Assembly (NCBI GenBank): GCA_043745295.1
Contig: JAYTTN010000714.1
Span: forward strand, 19,500 to 83,499
Length of the DNA: 64,000 nucleotides
Direction: 5' to 3'
From: Fimbriiglobus sp.
Lineage (GTDB): Bacteria > Planctomycetota > Planctomycetia > Gemmatales > Gemmataceae
Positions within the stretch are counted from its first letter, which is position 1. Each line of letters begins with the position of its first letter. The translations under genes and the position numbers were made by a program. Under the pieces are notes generated by a model, which searched no databases, was not told the origin of the DNA, and saw nothing but the letters and a program-made list of their open reading frames with translations. Shown piece by piece: positions 26,772 to 36,800 of this stretch.

Positions 26772-27176
26772 CTACTTCTTCTCGCCCTTCGCCTCGGGCG
26801 GCAGGGCCGGCGGCTCCTTGCCGTACTTGGCCTTGTAGGCGGCGGCGAACTTCTCGGCCCGCTTCGGGTTACAGATGAAGCACTGCGACTCGGGCCGTTC
26901 GTGTTCCTTGCACCAGTCGCCCTTCTTCTTGTACTCGGCGGCGACCTTCGCATCGCACTGAGCGCAGTCGTGTTCGGGGACGCCGTGCTCCTTGCACCAC
27001 CAGCCGTCGGCGGCGTCCTTCTTCTCGCCGTCCTTCTTCTTCTCGGCCACCGCCTTCGGGTCGTCCTTCGGCCCCTCGGCCTTGTCCTTCTGGCCGCACC
27101 CGCTGAGGGCGAGCAGGGCCAGGGCGGGGAACAGGAAGGCGGTCAGCACCGCCGCTCGCAACGTCGTCGTCTTCAT
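26772..27176 (-). CDS. Lipoprotein with two WCxEHxxPExxCxxC motifs
   Basis: Lipobox LLALSGC. The motifs are WWCKEHGVPEHDCAQCD and DWCKEHERPESQCFICNP. The linkers are Lys-rich. Confidence 0.75.
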   Translation of the reverse strand: MKTTTLRAAVLTAFLFPALALLALSGCGQKDKAEGPKDDPKAVAEKKKDGEKKDAADGWWCKEHGVPEHDCAQCDAKVAAEYKKKGDWCKEHERPESQCFICNPKRAEKFAAAYKAKYGKEPPALPPEAKGEKK

Positions 27177-27211
27177 CGAGGTCTCCTCTCGTTTGGGATA
27201 ACACCGAACCG

Positions 27212-30200
27212 TTACACCGGGGCCGGCTCTTCACGATGAGTCGCCGCCCCCGCCACCGGAGCCACTTTGCCCCGGAACGCCTCGAACGCTTGGTACAGCA
27301 CCCGAAGCACCAACAGCGACATCACCATCGCGCCGATCACGCCGCCGATCACCACCGTGGCCAGTGGGCGCTGCACCTCGGCCCCCATGCCCGTCGAGAA
27401 CGCCATAGGGACGAACCCCAGGCAGGCCACCAGCGTCGTCATCAGCACGGGCCGTAGCCGGGTGAGTGCGGCCTGCTCGATGGCGTCGGTCAGGGCTACC
27501 CCCCGGTCCCGCAGTTGGCGGACGTAGGAGACGAGGATCATGTCGTCGAGGACCGCCACGCCCGACAGGGCGATGAACCCGATGCCGGCACTGATCGAGA
27601 ACGGCATGTCCCGCAGCCACAGGGCGAAGATGCCGCCGACCCAGGCGAACGGGATGCCCGTGAACACCCGGCAGGCGTCCAGCAGGTTCCCGTAGGTGGC
27701 GTACAGCAGGCCGAAGATCAGCACGAACGCCACCGGCACGACGATCATCAGCCGCAGGCTGGCACGCTCCAGTTGCTCGAACTGCCCGCCCCAAGTGATC
27801 GAGTACCGGCCCGACGGGAGTTGCACCCGCTCGGCCGTCTTCCGCCGGGCCTCGGCCACAAAGCTGCCGAGGTCGCGGCCCCGCACGTTGCAGGTGACGG
27901 TGATCCGCCGCTGGCCCCACTCCCGCTGGATCGTGGACGGCCCCTCCACCACCTGCACGTCGGCCAGCCGGGACAGCGGAATGCGGCCCCCGCTCGGTGT
28001 GGTGACCAGCATGTTGCCGATGGCCTCCGGGCTGGCCCGGTCCCGGTCCGGCAGCCGCACCGCCAGCGGGAACCGCACCTGCCCCTCGACCACCTCGCCG
28101 AGCGGCTTCGCTCCGATGGACTCAACCAGATCGAGGACGGCCTGGGCCGGCACCCCGTGGCGGGCGATCTCGTCCTGCTTGATCTTCACCTGGAGGACCG
28201 GCTGGCCGGTCACCTGCTCGACGTTGATGTCCGCGCTGCCCTGGACCGACTTCAGTACCGCCTCGACCTCCCTGGCCTTCGCCACCAGCACGGCGAAGTC
28301 GTCGCCGTAAATCTTCACCCCCACGTCAGACTTGACCCCCGAAATCATCTCGTTCAGCCTCATCTCGATCGGCTGGGTCATGGCATTTCGCTGGCCGGGC
28401 ATGTCCCGCACCGCCTTCTCGATCAACTCCGTCAACTCGGCCTGGGTGCGGGCCTTCGTCCACTTCTGTCGCGGCTTGAGGGTGATGAACACGTCGGTCA
28501 ACTCCACCCCCATCGGGTCGGTCGCCACCTCGGCGGTGCCGGCCCGGCTCCAGACGTGTTCGACCTCGTCGGGGAACGCGGCGAGTATCGCCTTCTCCAT
28601 CTTCGTGTTGGCCCGGACGGACTCCTCCAGGTCGGTCCCGGCCAGCCGCACGACGTTGATGCAGATGGCCCCCTCCGACAGCCGGGGGATGAACTCGGAC
28701 CCGAGCCGAGGGGCGATCATCCCGAAGGCGACCATCAGGACCGTCAGGGCGAACCCGACCACCGCCAGCTTGTGGTGCATCGAGAAGTGCATGACCGGGC
28801 GGTACAGGGCCAGGGCCAGCCGCATCAGGAGCGGCTCCCGCTCGGCGACCTTCTTGGGGAGCAGCAGGCTGGCCAGGACCGGCATCAGCGTCATCGACAG
28901 GATCATCGAGCCGACCAGGGCGAAGATGACGGTCATGGCCATCGGGCGGAACAGCTTTCCCTCGGTCCCCTCCAGCGTCAGGATCGGCAGGTAGACGATC
29001 ATGATGATGAGTTCGCCGAAGAGGGTCGGCTTGCGGACCTCCAGGGCGGCGTCCCGGATGACGGCGAGCTTCCCCCGCTTCTCGGCCTCGCCGTGGCTCA
29101 GGTGGCGGATGCAGTTCTCGACCATCACCACGCTGGAGTCCACCACCATGCCGAAGTCGATGGCTCCGAGGGACAGCAGGCTGGCCGCGACCCCCCACTG
29201 GAGCATCCCGCTGAAGGCGAACAGCATCGACAGCGGGATGGCGAGCGCGACGATCCCCGCCGCCCGCAGGTTGCCCAGGAAGGCGAACAGGACCGCGACG
29301 ACGAACAGCCCGCCCTCGAACAGGTTGTTGCGGACGGTGTGGATGACGTGATCGACCAGTTCCGTCCGGTCGTACACCGGCTCGACCTTCACGTTCGGCG
29401 GCAGGGACGCCTTCACCTCGTCGAGCTTCCGCTTCATCCCCCACGTCACTTCGTGGGTGTTCTCGCCCATCGTCAGGAACCCGAGGCCCAGCACGACCTC
29501 GCCCCTGCCGTCTAGGGTGACCGCCCCCCGCCGGACCTCGTAGCCGACCTCCACGTCGGCCACGTCCCGCACCCGCACGGGCACGCCGTCCTGGGCGGTG
29601 ACAACGATGGCCCCGATCTGCTCGACGTTCGCCGTCCGCCCGACGCCGTGGACGAGCAGCATGTTGCCGCCCTGACTGACACTACCGCCGCCGACGTTGC
29701 GGTTGTTCTTCTGGACGGCCTCGGTCACCTGCTCGAAAGTCAGCCCGTACTTGTGCAAGCGGGCCGGGTCGATGCGGACCTGGTACTGCTTGTCGTACCC
29801 GCCCCAAGTGTTGACCTCGGCGGTGCCGGGGACGGTCCGCATCTTGGGCCGCACCACCCAGTCGTGGACGGTGCGGAGGCTGGTGACATCGTCGCCCTGA
29901 CCGGTCACGACGTAGTGGAACACCTCGCCCAGCCCGGTGGACACCGGCCCCATCTTCGGCCGCTCGACGCCCGCCGGCAGTTGGGCGGTTCCCAACCGTT
30001 CGTTCACGACGGTCCGGGCGAAGTAGATGTCGGTCCCCTCCTCGAAGGTGACCACCACCTGCGACAGCCCGAACTTCGAGATCGACCGGAGCGTCTGAAT
30101 CTTCGGCAGCCCGGAGAGCGCCTGCTCGATCGGGAAGGTGATCTGCGTCTCCACCTCCTCCGGGCCGAGGGCCGGGACGATGGTGTTGATCTGCACCTGC

Positions 30201-30334
30201 ACCGGAGTGGTGTCGGGGAAGGCGTCCACGTCGAGCCGCCGCATCGACAGCACCCCGAAGGCGGCGAACGCCACCGCGGCCAGGATGACCAGCAGCCGGT
30301 TCCGCAGCGAGAAGTCGATGATCCACGTCAGCAC
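27212..30334 (-). CDS. czcA: HME-RND inner-membrane pump (CzcA/CusA family)
   Basis: 1040 aa. The N-terminus reads DVDAFPDTTPVQVQINT...GLSQVVVTFEEGTDIYFARTVVNERL, typical of CzcA. Confidence 0.92.
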   Translation of the reverse strand: MLTWIIDFSLRNRLLVILAAVAFAAFGVLSMRRLDVDAFPDTTPVQVQINTIVPALGPEEVETQITFPIEQALSGLPKIQTLRSISKFGLSQVVVTFEEGTDIYFARTVVNERLGTAQLPAGVERPKMGPVSTGLGEVFHYVVTGQGDDVTSLRTVHDWVVRPKMRTVPGTAEVNTWGGYDKQYQVRIDPARLHKYGLTFEQVTEAVQKNNRNVGGGSVSQGGNMLLVHGVGRTANVEQIGAIVVTAQDGVPVRVRDVADVEVGYEVRRGAVTLDGRGEVVLGLGFLTMGENTHEVTWGMKRKLDEVKASLPPNVKVEPVYDRTELVDHVIHTVRNNLFEGGLFVVAVLFAFLGNLRAAGIVALAIPLSMLFAFSGMLQWGVAASLLSLGAIDFGMVVDSSVVMVENCIRHLSHGEAEKRGKLAVIRDAALEVRKPTLFGELIIMIVYLPILTLEGTEGKLFRPMAMTVIFALVGSMILSMTLMPVLASLLLPKKVAEREPLLMRLALALYRPVMHFSMHHKLAVVGFALTVLMVAFGMIAPRLGSEFIPRLSEGAICINVVRLAGTDLEESVRANTKMEKAILAAFPDEVEHVWSRAGTAEVATDPMGVELTDVFITLKPRQKWTKARTQAELTELIEKAVRDMPGQRNAMTQPIEMRLNEMISGVKSDVGVKIYGDDFAVLVAKAREVEAVLKSVQGSADINVEQVTGQPVLQVKIKQDEIARHGVPAQAVLDLVESIGAKPLGEVVEGQVRFPLAVRLPDRDRASPEAIGNMLVTTPSGGRIPLSRLADVQVVEGPSTIQREWGQRRITVTCNVRGRDLGSFVAEARRKTAERVQLPSGRYSITWGGQFEQLERASLRLMIVVPVAFVLIFGLLYATYGNLLDACRVFTGIPFAWVGGIFALWLRDMPFSISAGIGFIALSGVAVLDDMILVSYVRQLRDRGVALTDAIEQAALTRLRPVLMTTLVACLGFVPMAFSTGMGAEVQRPLATVVIGGVIGAMVMSLLVLRVLYQAFEAFRGKVAPVAGAATHREEPAPV

Positions 30335-30374
30335 GGCAGCACCCCCTTACAGCGGGGGCGTCGGTTCGGGCCTG

Positions 30375-32003
30375 TTACTTGCCGCATGTGCAGCCCTCCC
30401 CCAGGTTGTTCTTGAGGAGTTCGGCCCGCAGGGCGGTGCTGCCCTTGGTCACGACCAGTTCGCCCGGCACCACGCCCGCGATGATCTCGGTGTTCTTGCC
30501 GTCCTTGGCCCCGACCCTAACGGTGCGGACGTGGAACACCTTGGGGCTGCCGTCCTTCAGGTAGTCCTTGTCCCGCACGAAGACGACGTGGCAGCACCCC
30601 TCCCACTGGACGGCCTCGGTCGGCACCACGACGGCCTCCTTCTCCTCCCGCAAGACGACCTGACCGGCCCCGAACGTGTTGGCCCGCAGTCGGCCCGCCG
30701 GGTTCTCGACGGCGGCCCGTAGCTTGATCGTGCGGGTCTTCGGGTCGGCCTCGGTGCTGACCCAGGTGATCTTGCCGCGGGTTTCGGCCCCGGCGTCCGG
30801 TTGGAAACGTACTTCCTGGCCGAGGGCGACGAGCTTGGCGTCTTCCAGGCGCAGGTCGAGCGTTACCCACATCCGCCGGGCGTCGGCCACGGTGAACAGC
30901 AGCTTGGCGATGTCCACGACTTCGCCGGCCACCACGTCCCGCGATGTGACCACGCCGTCCATCGGGGCGACCAGGGGCAGCAGGTTCGTCGTCGCCGTTC
31001 GTGCGTCGAGTGCCTTCGCCACGTCCTCGGGGATGGCGAGGAACCGGACCTTCGCCTCCAGTTGCGCCGACGTGAGCTTCTGGAGGTCGGCCTCGTCCAG
31101 AGGCAGCCCGTAGTTGACGAGCGTCTGGCGGGCGGCGTGGAGCCGAATCTCGCCCTCGCGGACGGCGGCTTCGGACTCGCGGACGCGGGCTTCGGGGACG
31201 GCCCCGGCGGAACTGCGGACGCTGGCCACGACCTGAGTCTTCAGTTGGAGCGAGGCGAACGCCTGGAGCAACTCGGTCTTGGCCTTGCCCACCTCGGCGG
31301 CGTCGATCAGGGCCAGCACGTCGCCAGCCTTGACCGCGTCGCCCTGCTGCTTGAAGACCCTCCAGACGCTGCCGGGCAGGCGCGCCGAGAGTCGGGTGAT
31401 GCGGGTCTGGTCGTAGCCGACCTCGCCGTTGCCGGCGACGGCCTCGGTGACGGGGGCCGTCCATACCGGCTCGACCTCGATCCCCACCTTGTCGGCGGCT
31501 TCCTTCGAGACGAACTGGATTCGCCGCCGGTGCATCTGGCACTTGCGGTTGTTCTCGGGCCGGTCGGTGAACGCCACCGCCCGCTCGGCCTTGGCGAAGT
31601 CGGCCTTCGTGGGGACCGGCGGGGTCGCCGTCTGGGCGACCTCGGGGTGGCACAGCGGGCATTCGTGGACGCCGAACGGCTTGCACCAGCCTACCGGGGC
31701 GAGCTTCGGCATCAGGTCGGTGTCGCACTCCACGCACACGGACTCGGGGACGCCGTGTTCGGCGCACCAGTCTTCCTTGCCCGGGGGTGCTTCGCCGTTC
31801 AGAGCCGAGAACTTCGGCAGGGTCCAGTCGTGCTGGTAGCCCCAGTAGGCGACCCCGGCCAGCACGGCGAACGTGACGACGGCGGGGATCGCGCCCAGGA
31901 CGGCACCGACGAGTTTCCCGACCGCCGACCGGTGGAGCGTGCGGGTGTGTGACGGCGGGTCCGCCGCCACCTGCGGCGGGCGTTCGAGTACGGTGTCGAG
32001 CAT
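30375..32003 (-). CDS. Membrane-fusion (periplasmic adaptor) protein with an N-terminal Cys/His metal-site extension
   Basis: TM anchor, then DWCAEHGVPESVCVECD and GWCKPFGVHECPLCHPEV (nt 31638-31772), then a HlyD/CzcB-type barrel and lipoyl core. Confidence 0.85.
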   Translation of the reverse strand: MLDTVLERPPQVAADPPSHTRTLHRSAVGKLVGAVLGAIPAVVTFAVLAGVAYWGYQHDWTLPKFSALNGEAPPGKEDWCAEHGVPESVCVECDTDLMPKLAPVGWCKPFGVHECPLCHPEVAQTATPPVPTKADFAKAERAVAFTDRPENNRKCQMHRRRIQFVSKEAADKVGIEVEPVWTAPVTEAVAGNGEVGYDQTRITRLSARLPGSVWRVFKQQGDAVKAGDVLALIDAAEVGKAKTELLQAFASLQLKTQVVASVRSSAGAVPEARVRESEAAVREGEIRLHAARQTLVNYGLPLDEADLQKLTSAQLEAKVRFLAIPEDVAKALDARTATTNLLPLVAPMDGVVTSRDVVAGEVVDIAKLLFTVADARRMWVTLDLRLEDAKLVALGQEVRFQPDAGAETRGKITWVSTEADPKTRTIKLRAAVENPAGRLRANTFGAGQVVLREEKEAVVVPTEAVQWEGCCHVVFVRDKDYLKDGSPKVFHVRTVRVGAKDGKNTEIIAGVVPGELVVTKGSTALRAELLKNNLGEGCTCGK

Positions 32004-32127
32004 GATCTTCGTCTCCGGCGTGTGAGAATGCCGACACGCCCTCGGCGGGGTGCCTGCGGGAGCAATGACGAACGAACGGGTTTACCTAGGACGTGAAGAC
32101 ATCACGCCCGGTCGCGGTAGAAGTGAG

Positions 32128-32673
32128 TTAGCAGCGGAGGACGGTGCAGGAGATGGCGAGCAGGTGGCCGGACGGGGGCGGGAGGGGCAGCAAGGCTACG
32201 GCGTGCCGCGACGGCGTGAATCCGCCGAACACGGAGTCCGCAGCGGCGGGCAGCAGTTGATCGAGGACGTGCCGGTCGTCAACCGAGGTGCGTTCGGCCG
32301 CCGGCTGTGGGCCGTCCTGGGCGACGACAAGCGGGATGTGCTTGCACTGGCACGGCTGCCCGTGCGCGATCACTGGATCGGAGTCGGCGGGGGGAGCCTG
32401 GGTAGACGCGGCGTCAGACGGGTCGTCGCTTGCGCGGCGGCACGAACACCGCTTCTCGGACGCGCAGACCTGCCGGCCGCTGCCGTCAACCGCCCCGCGA
32501 GGTTGGACACCCTGATCGGGGACGCCTTCGTCCTGGCAACAGGTGCAAGTCGTCCAGAATGCGTCGATGCACACGCGGCCCTTCGGGCTGATGCAGAGCG
32601 AGAACGCCGGGCCGGCGATCGTCGCCGTGGCCTGCGTTAGCAGTAGCATCAGGGAAAGGATTCGCCGCGTCAC
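32128..32673 (-). CDS. Exported Cys-rich protein at the head of the operon (CzcI/DUF2946-like?)
   Basis: Signal peptide MTRRILSLMLLLTQATATIAG. Motifs CISPKGRVC, CTCC and CQC. Pro-rich C-terminus ending SCTVLRC. Confidence 0.5.
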   Translation of the reverse strand: MTRRILSLMLLLTQATATIAGPAFSLCISPKGRVCIDAFWTTCTCCQDEGVPDQGVQPRGAVDGSGRQVCASEKRCSCRRASDDPSDAASTQAPPADSDPVIAHGQPCQCKHIPLVVAQDGPQPAAERTSVDDRHVLDQLLPAAADSVFGGFTPSRHAVALLPLPPPSGHLLAISCTVLRC

Positions 32674-33139
32674 AGCCTTCCAGCCTCCCGCACAGGTCTC
32701 ATCCGTCGGTGGACAGCTCGATGCTCCCCAACCCGACCAGTATACGGCACTCTCGTAGTGCGCTTTCTAAAATCTACCCGATCCGACCGAACTCGGCAAT
32801 ACCAGACGGCCCCGTGCCCGTTCTAGGCGTGGTACGATGTGGCCAAACTGCGACCAGCGGTGTCTAACCCTTTTCTTCGGCACAATCGTCCGTCCGCTCC
32901 AGTCCATTCTCACTGGGTCACTCGTTGTGGCTTGTGGTGACAGCCACCATATACCCGCTCACCGGCGTTCGCCGCCCGGACCTCGGAGTAGCCGGTTGCC
33001 GATCCGTCCGCTCCATTACGCGATTGGCCGCATCCCCGTCAGTCCAACTCATCCGCCTCTACCCCCGGCCGTGACCGTGCTTCGGCTGGAACAACTCGCG
33101 GAGCAGGTGCGCCGACGCGGCGAGGATAGGTTCGACGGC

Positions 33140-33871
33140 TTACTTGCCGGTCTTCCGTCGGCTCGAAGCTTTCCGCTTCGGCTTACCCGCCACCGGCGGC
33201 GGGTCCGGCCGCAGCGGCGAGTTCGGGTCGCCGGCCATGAAGAGGTGGTGGATCAACATCGGGTCGGTGCGCGTGCTTCGCGCATGGCACGTTTCTCTGA
33301 CCCTGGGATCGGTCGGCCGAACGGTCGAGGTCAAAAAGGCTCCGGGGGCCGGCATCCCGAGGTCGCCGTACATCCCGCGGATGTTCTCTTCGACGCCCGC
33401 GATCGCCCCGGGCACGTCGCCGTTCAGCACGAAGGCGAGCATCCCGCCGAACCGCACCGAGTTGGCGTACTGCCCGCGGACGAACCGGAGCATGCCGAAC
33501 CGGACGTACTCGACGAAGTACGGGCGGGGCGTTCCGCCGGCGTGGTCCCGCACGTTGATCCGCTTGCACTCCAGGCAGAAGTAGATGTCCTCGCGCGGGA
33601 CGGGCGGCGAGAACACGATGTCCATCCGCCCCTGGTCCTGCCCCGCGGCCGGGTCGAGTTCGACCAACTGCGTGTCGATGCGGAACGGCAGGTTGCGGCT
33701 GTTGCGGGACTGGCGGAGCGCGCGGCACAGGGCCTCGGACACCGGGTCTTCGCGGTCGTTGCCGGCGGGGGCCGGCATCGCCTCCCAGGTCGCCACCACG
33801 AGGTCGAGGATGTCAGGCACCTGGGACTCGATGAAACCGACCCACTCGTCGGGCGATCCGAAGTGCGTCAT
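33140..33871 (-). CDS. PD-(D/E)xK-type nuclease-fold protein
   Basis: GRMDIVFSPP ... IYFCLECKRI gives the D ... ExK arrangement after an acidic helix. The start overlaps the methyltransferase stop (ATGA). The C-terminal tail is basic. Confidence 0.6.
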   Translation of the reverse strand: MTHFGSPDEWVGFIESQVPDILDLVVATWEAMPAPAGNDREDPVSEALCRALRQSRNSRNLPFRIDTQLVELDPAAGQDQGRMDIVFSPPVPREDIYFCLECKRINVRDHAGGTPRPYFVEYVRFGMLRFVRGQYANSVRFGGMLAFVLNGDVPGAIAGVEENIRGMYGDLGMPAPGAFLTSTVRPTDPRVRETCHARSTRTDPMLIHHLFMAGDPNSPLRPDPPPVAGKPKRKASSRRKTGK

Positions 33872-36800
33872 GCGCCCCCCTTTGGGGAACGCATGAGGAT
33901 GGTGCCGGCGATCTCGTCGGCGTCGTTCATCGCCGCCGTCTGCGTCCAGAACCGCTGCCCGATCGGCTTGACCACATAAAGCCGGTTGCTGTCGAACACC
34001 ATGACCCCGCGGACCACGTCAAGCGTGGCAGATTTGCGCGGGATCGCCTTCCGGACGGCATCGAGTATCTGGACCAGACTCCTTCCGGCGTCGGGCATCG
34101 TCTCGTTGACGCGGGAGCGATCTACCTTCTCAAGCACCGTCACCCCGACGCCGAGTAACCCCGACCCGTGGACCTGACCGCGAACCGCGAACGGGCCGCC
34201 CTTGGCCCAGCCGTTCAGCATCTCGCACACCCGGTCGCGGTAGGCTTCCTGCTGCGCGGCCGTGGCGGGAGTCAGGGTCGGCACGACCTTCTGCGCGCGG
34301 GTCGGCCGGGTGCTGTCGATGACGACCCGGACCGTGTCTTCGATCAAGCTTTTTTCGAGCGGGATGATGTCGAAGTATTCTTCGATGAGCGGCTCGATCT
34401 TCGCGCTGGCGGCCCGGACGACGCCGGCCCGGTCCACGAAATCCGCGTCCGCACTACGGGCCGCGTCATCGACGATCTTCGCCACGTCGCGGACGATCTG
34501 CCGGCTGCGTTTCGGGTCGGGCTGTTGCTCGGGCAGCGGGAACGGCAGCCGCATGATCTCCTCGACGTGGACCTCCTGCCGGCTGATGCCCCAGTTCGAC
34601 GAGGTGTGGAACAGAAAGTAGCGGGCCAGTGGGGTGCGGAGGTAGGCCGCCAGGAACATCAACAGTTCTCTGTCACCGCTGGGGCCGGACACGCCTCTTA
34701 GCGCGTGCTGGAACGATACGTCGAAGTCGGCGTAGGCGATGCTGCTAAACCCCTTCGACACGATGACGTGCGGCCCGCGGAAGATGTCCGTATTCTGGAT
34801 CAGCCGCCGCACATCGACATCGGACGCCTGCCGCGTCTGGCAGTCCCGTTCGAGCAGGATGAGTTCCAGGGCGGCGGAAGTCGCAGGAATAAACTTCCTG
34901 CCGGGCAGCTTTAGTCGCTTGCGCGAGGCTTCGGGGTCGTTCTCCCCGAACGGCTGGAACCCCTCGGCCATGAGCCAGGGCTTGGCGCTCACCCGTTCCC
35001 GCGGCTGGCGGACCACGTCCCGCAGTCGGGGGTAAAGCGTCAGACGGTCCAGCAACCGCCAATCTCTCGGCGTCGCCCAGAACCGCTGCTTCCAAAGCTG
35101 GGGCGCGTCCGGGCCGTCGAGGTCCTGGAGCAGTGCCCCGACCGTCAGCGAAGTTCGGTCCTGCGGGGCGATGGTGATGACCTCCGCCTTCGTCACCGTC
35201 CAGTCGGCCTTCGGCCCCCAATACTCGATGCGGTGCGCGGTGTCGGCCGGGGGCGGTTGGCGGTAGCTCACGACGAGCGCGGGGTGGCCGGCCTTCTCGA
35301 ACAGGAAGCGTTGGAAGTCGGCCAGGTTCAGGACGCGGTCGATGGCGTGCGCGCGGACCCACGCCTTCTGGAACGGCAGGGCGGTCGAGCTGTGGTTGAA
35401 GAGGACGCCGTGCGGCAGCACGAAACACACCCGCCCGGCGGCGGAGACGTGTTCGGCCGCCTTCCAGATGAACGCGGCGGCGATCTGCTTGTCCGGCAGC
35501 GGCCGCGCGTGGGTCGCACACCATTGGCCCGCCGGCGTGTCGCCGGTGGCGATGCTGCCCCACGGCGGGTTGCCGATGACGAGTGAGACATCCTTGGGGA
35601 ACCAGCCGTCGGCGGCGAAGAAGTCGGCTTCGCGGATGTTGCCCTGGCCCTGGTCGGCGTGTGGTTCGTCCTGCGGGACCACCAGTCGGGGCAGTGCCCG
35701 GCCCCGCTCCTGGAGCGCCTGGATGTCGGGCGGGGTGAGCTGGTCGAGATAGGCGAGGTAGAGGCTGAACGCAGTGATCCGGCACGCCGTCAGGCTGACA
35801 TCGACGCCGAACAGGCTTTCCTGGAGCAGCCGCATCAGCTCCTTCGCCTTACGGTCGTTGCGGGCGGTCGGGTTCGCCTGCTTCCACTCCTCCGCGATCC
35901 GGTTGAACAGGCCGACGAGGAAAATCCCCGACCCGCAGGCCGGATCGAAGAACCGCTTCCCGAGCAGGGTTTCGGTGCCGTCCAGTGCCGTGTCGAGGAC
36001 GACCTCGGCCAAGAACCGGGGCGTATAGAACGCGCCCTTCTGCTCCTCCGAGGCGGTCAGGAACCGCTCGTAGATGGCGCTGATGGTCTCGATGGGGATG
36101 AATTTGAAGTCGTAGAGCTGGAACAGCACCCCCTGCCCGCCGCCGACGCTCATGCCCTGGAAGAACTCGTCCAGCGTGCGAATGTGTTGGTCATGGATTA
36201 GCTCCTTTTCCGCCGCCAGGTCGTTGCTGAACAGGTCGCCGTTGAAGTCCTCCTTCAGCTTCTCGAACAGGCGATACAGCCCGTCCTTGGCCGCGGCCGG
36301 CGACGGGTTGCCGAGCAGCCCGCGCAGGTCGGCCGCCCCGCGGACACCCAGGTCGGACAGGTAGCGGTCGCCGATGACCTCGCGGTCGAACAGGTAGCAG
36401 GTGAACACGAGTCGGCAGAGCAGCGCATTGAGGACGGGCGCGGGGATGCGCTTGCGGGTCGCGGCGTCGAGCCTGTCCCGGGTGAGTTGCAGGTTGTCGA
36501 GCAGGTGCCGGTCTACCCGCTGCTTCGGGTCGAACGACCGCTTGTGCCGGTGGAAGAACTCCCCGGATTCGATGGCGACGACGAACTCTTTCAGACCCTC
36601 GGCCACCCGCGCCAGGCTGTCCACCAGGCTGGGCGGTGCCGTCGCAGCGACCGTGGCCGGCTCGGGGCGGGTCATGCCCGAGTAGACGTGAACGCGGTCG
36701 TCCGTCACCAGGATGAGGAGCGACGCGCCGCCGTGGTTCCAGAACTGCCGGTGGAGTTCGGCGACGGCCTCCGGGGTGATCCGCTTGACGAGCTTGAAGT

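Noticed and set aside
27515-29515. 666-aa + ORF, together with other long ORFs opposite or out of frame with real genes. The others are 38303..39691, 41723..42670, 50539..52839, 53416..54882, 53541..55562, 55328..57565, 55705..58377, 59131..60141, 61466..63142, 44875..46545 and 32837..33979.
   Set aside because: Each overlaps a gene with unambiguous family signatures (CzcA, CzcC, PL11 lyase, NagB, integrase and so on). Their products are dominated by R, G, P, A, D and H runs, which is characteristic of non-coding frames in high-GC DNA.
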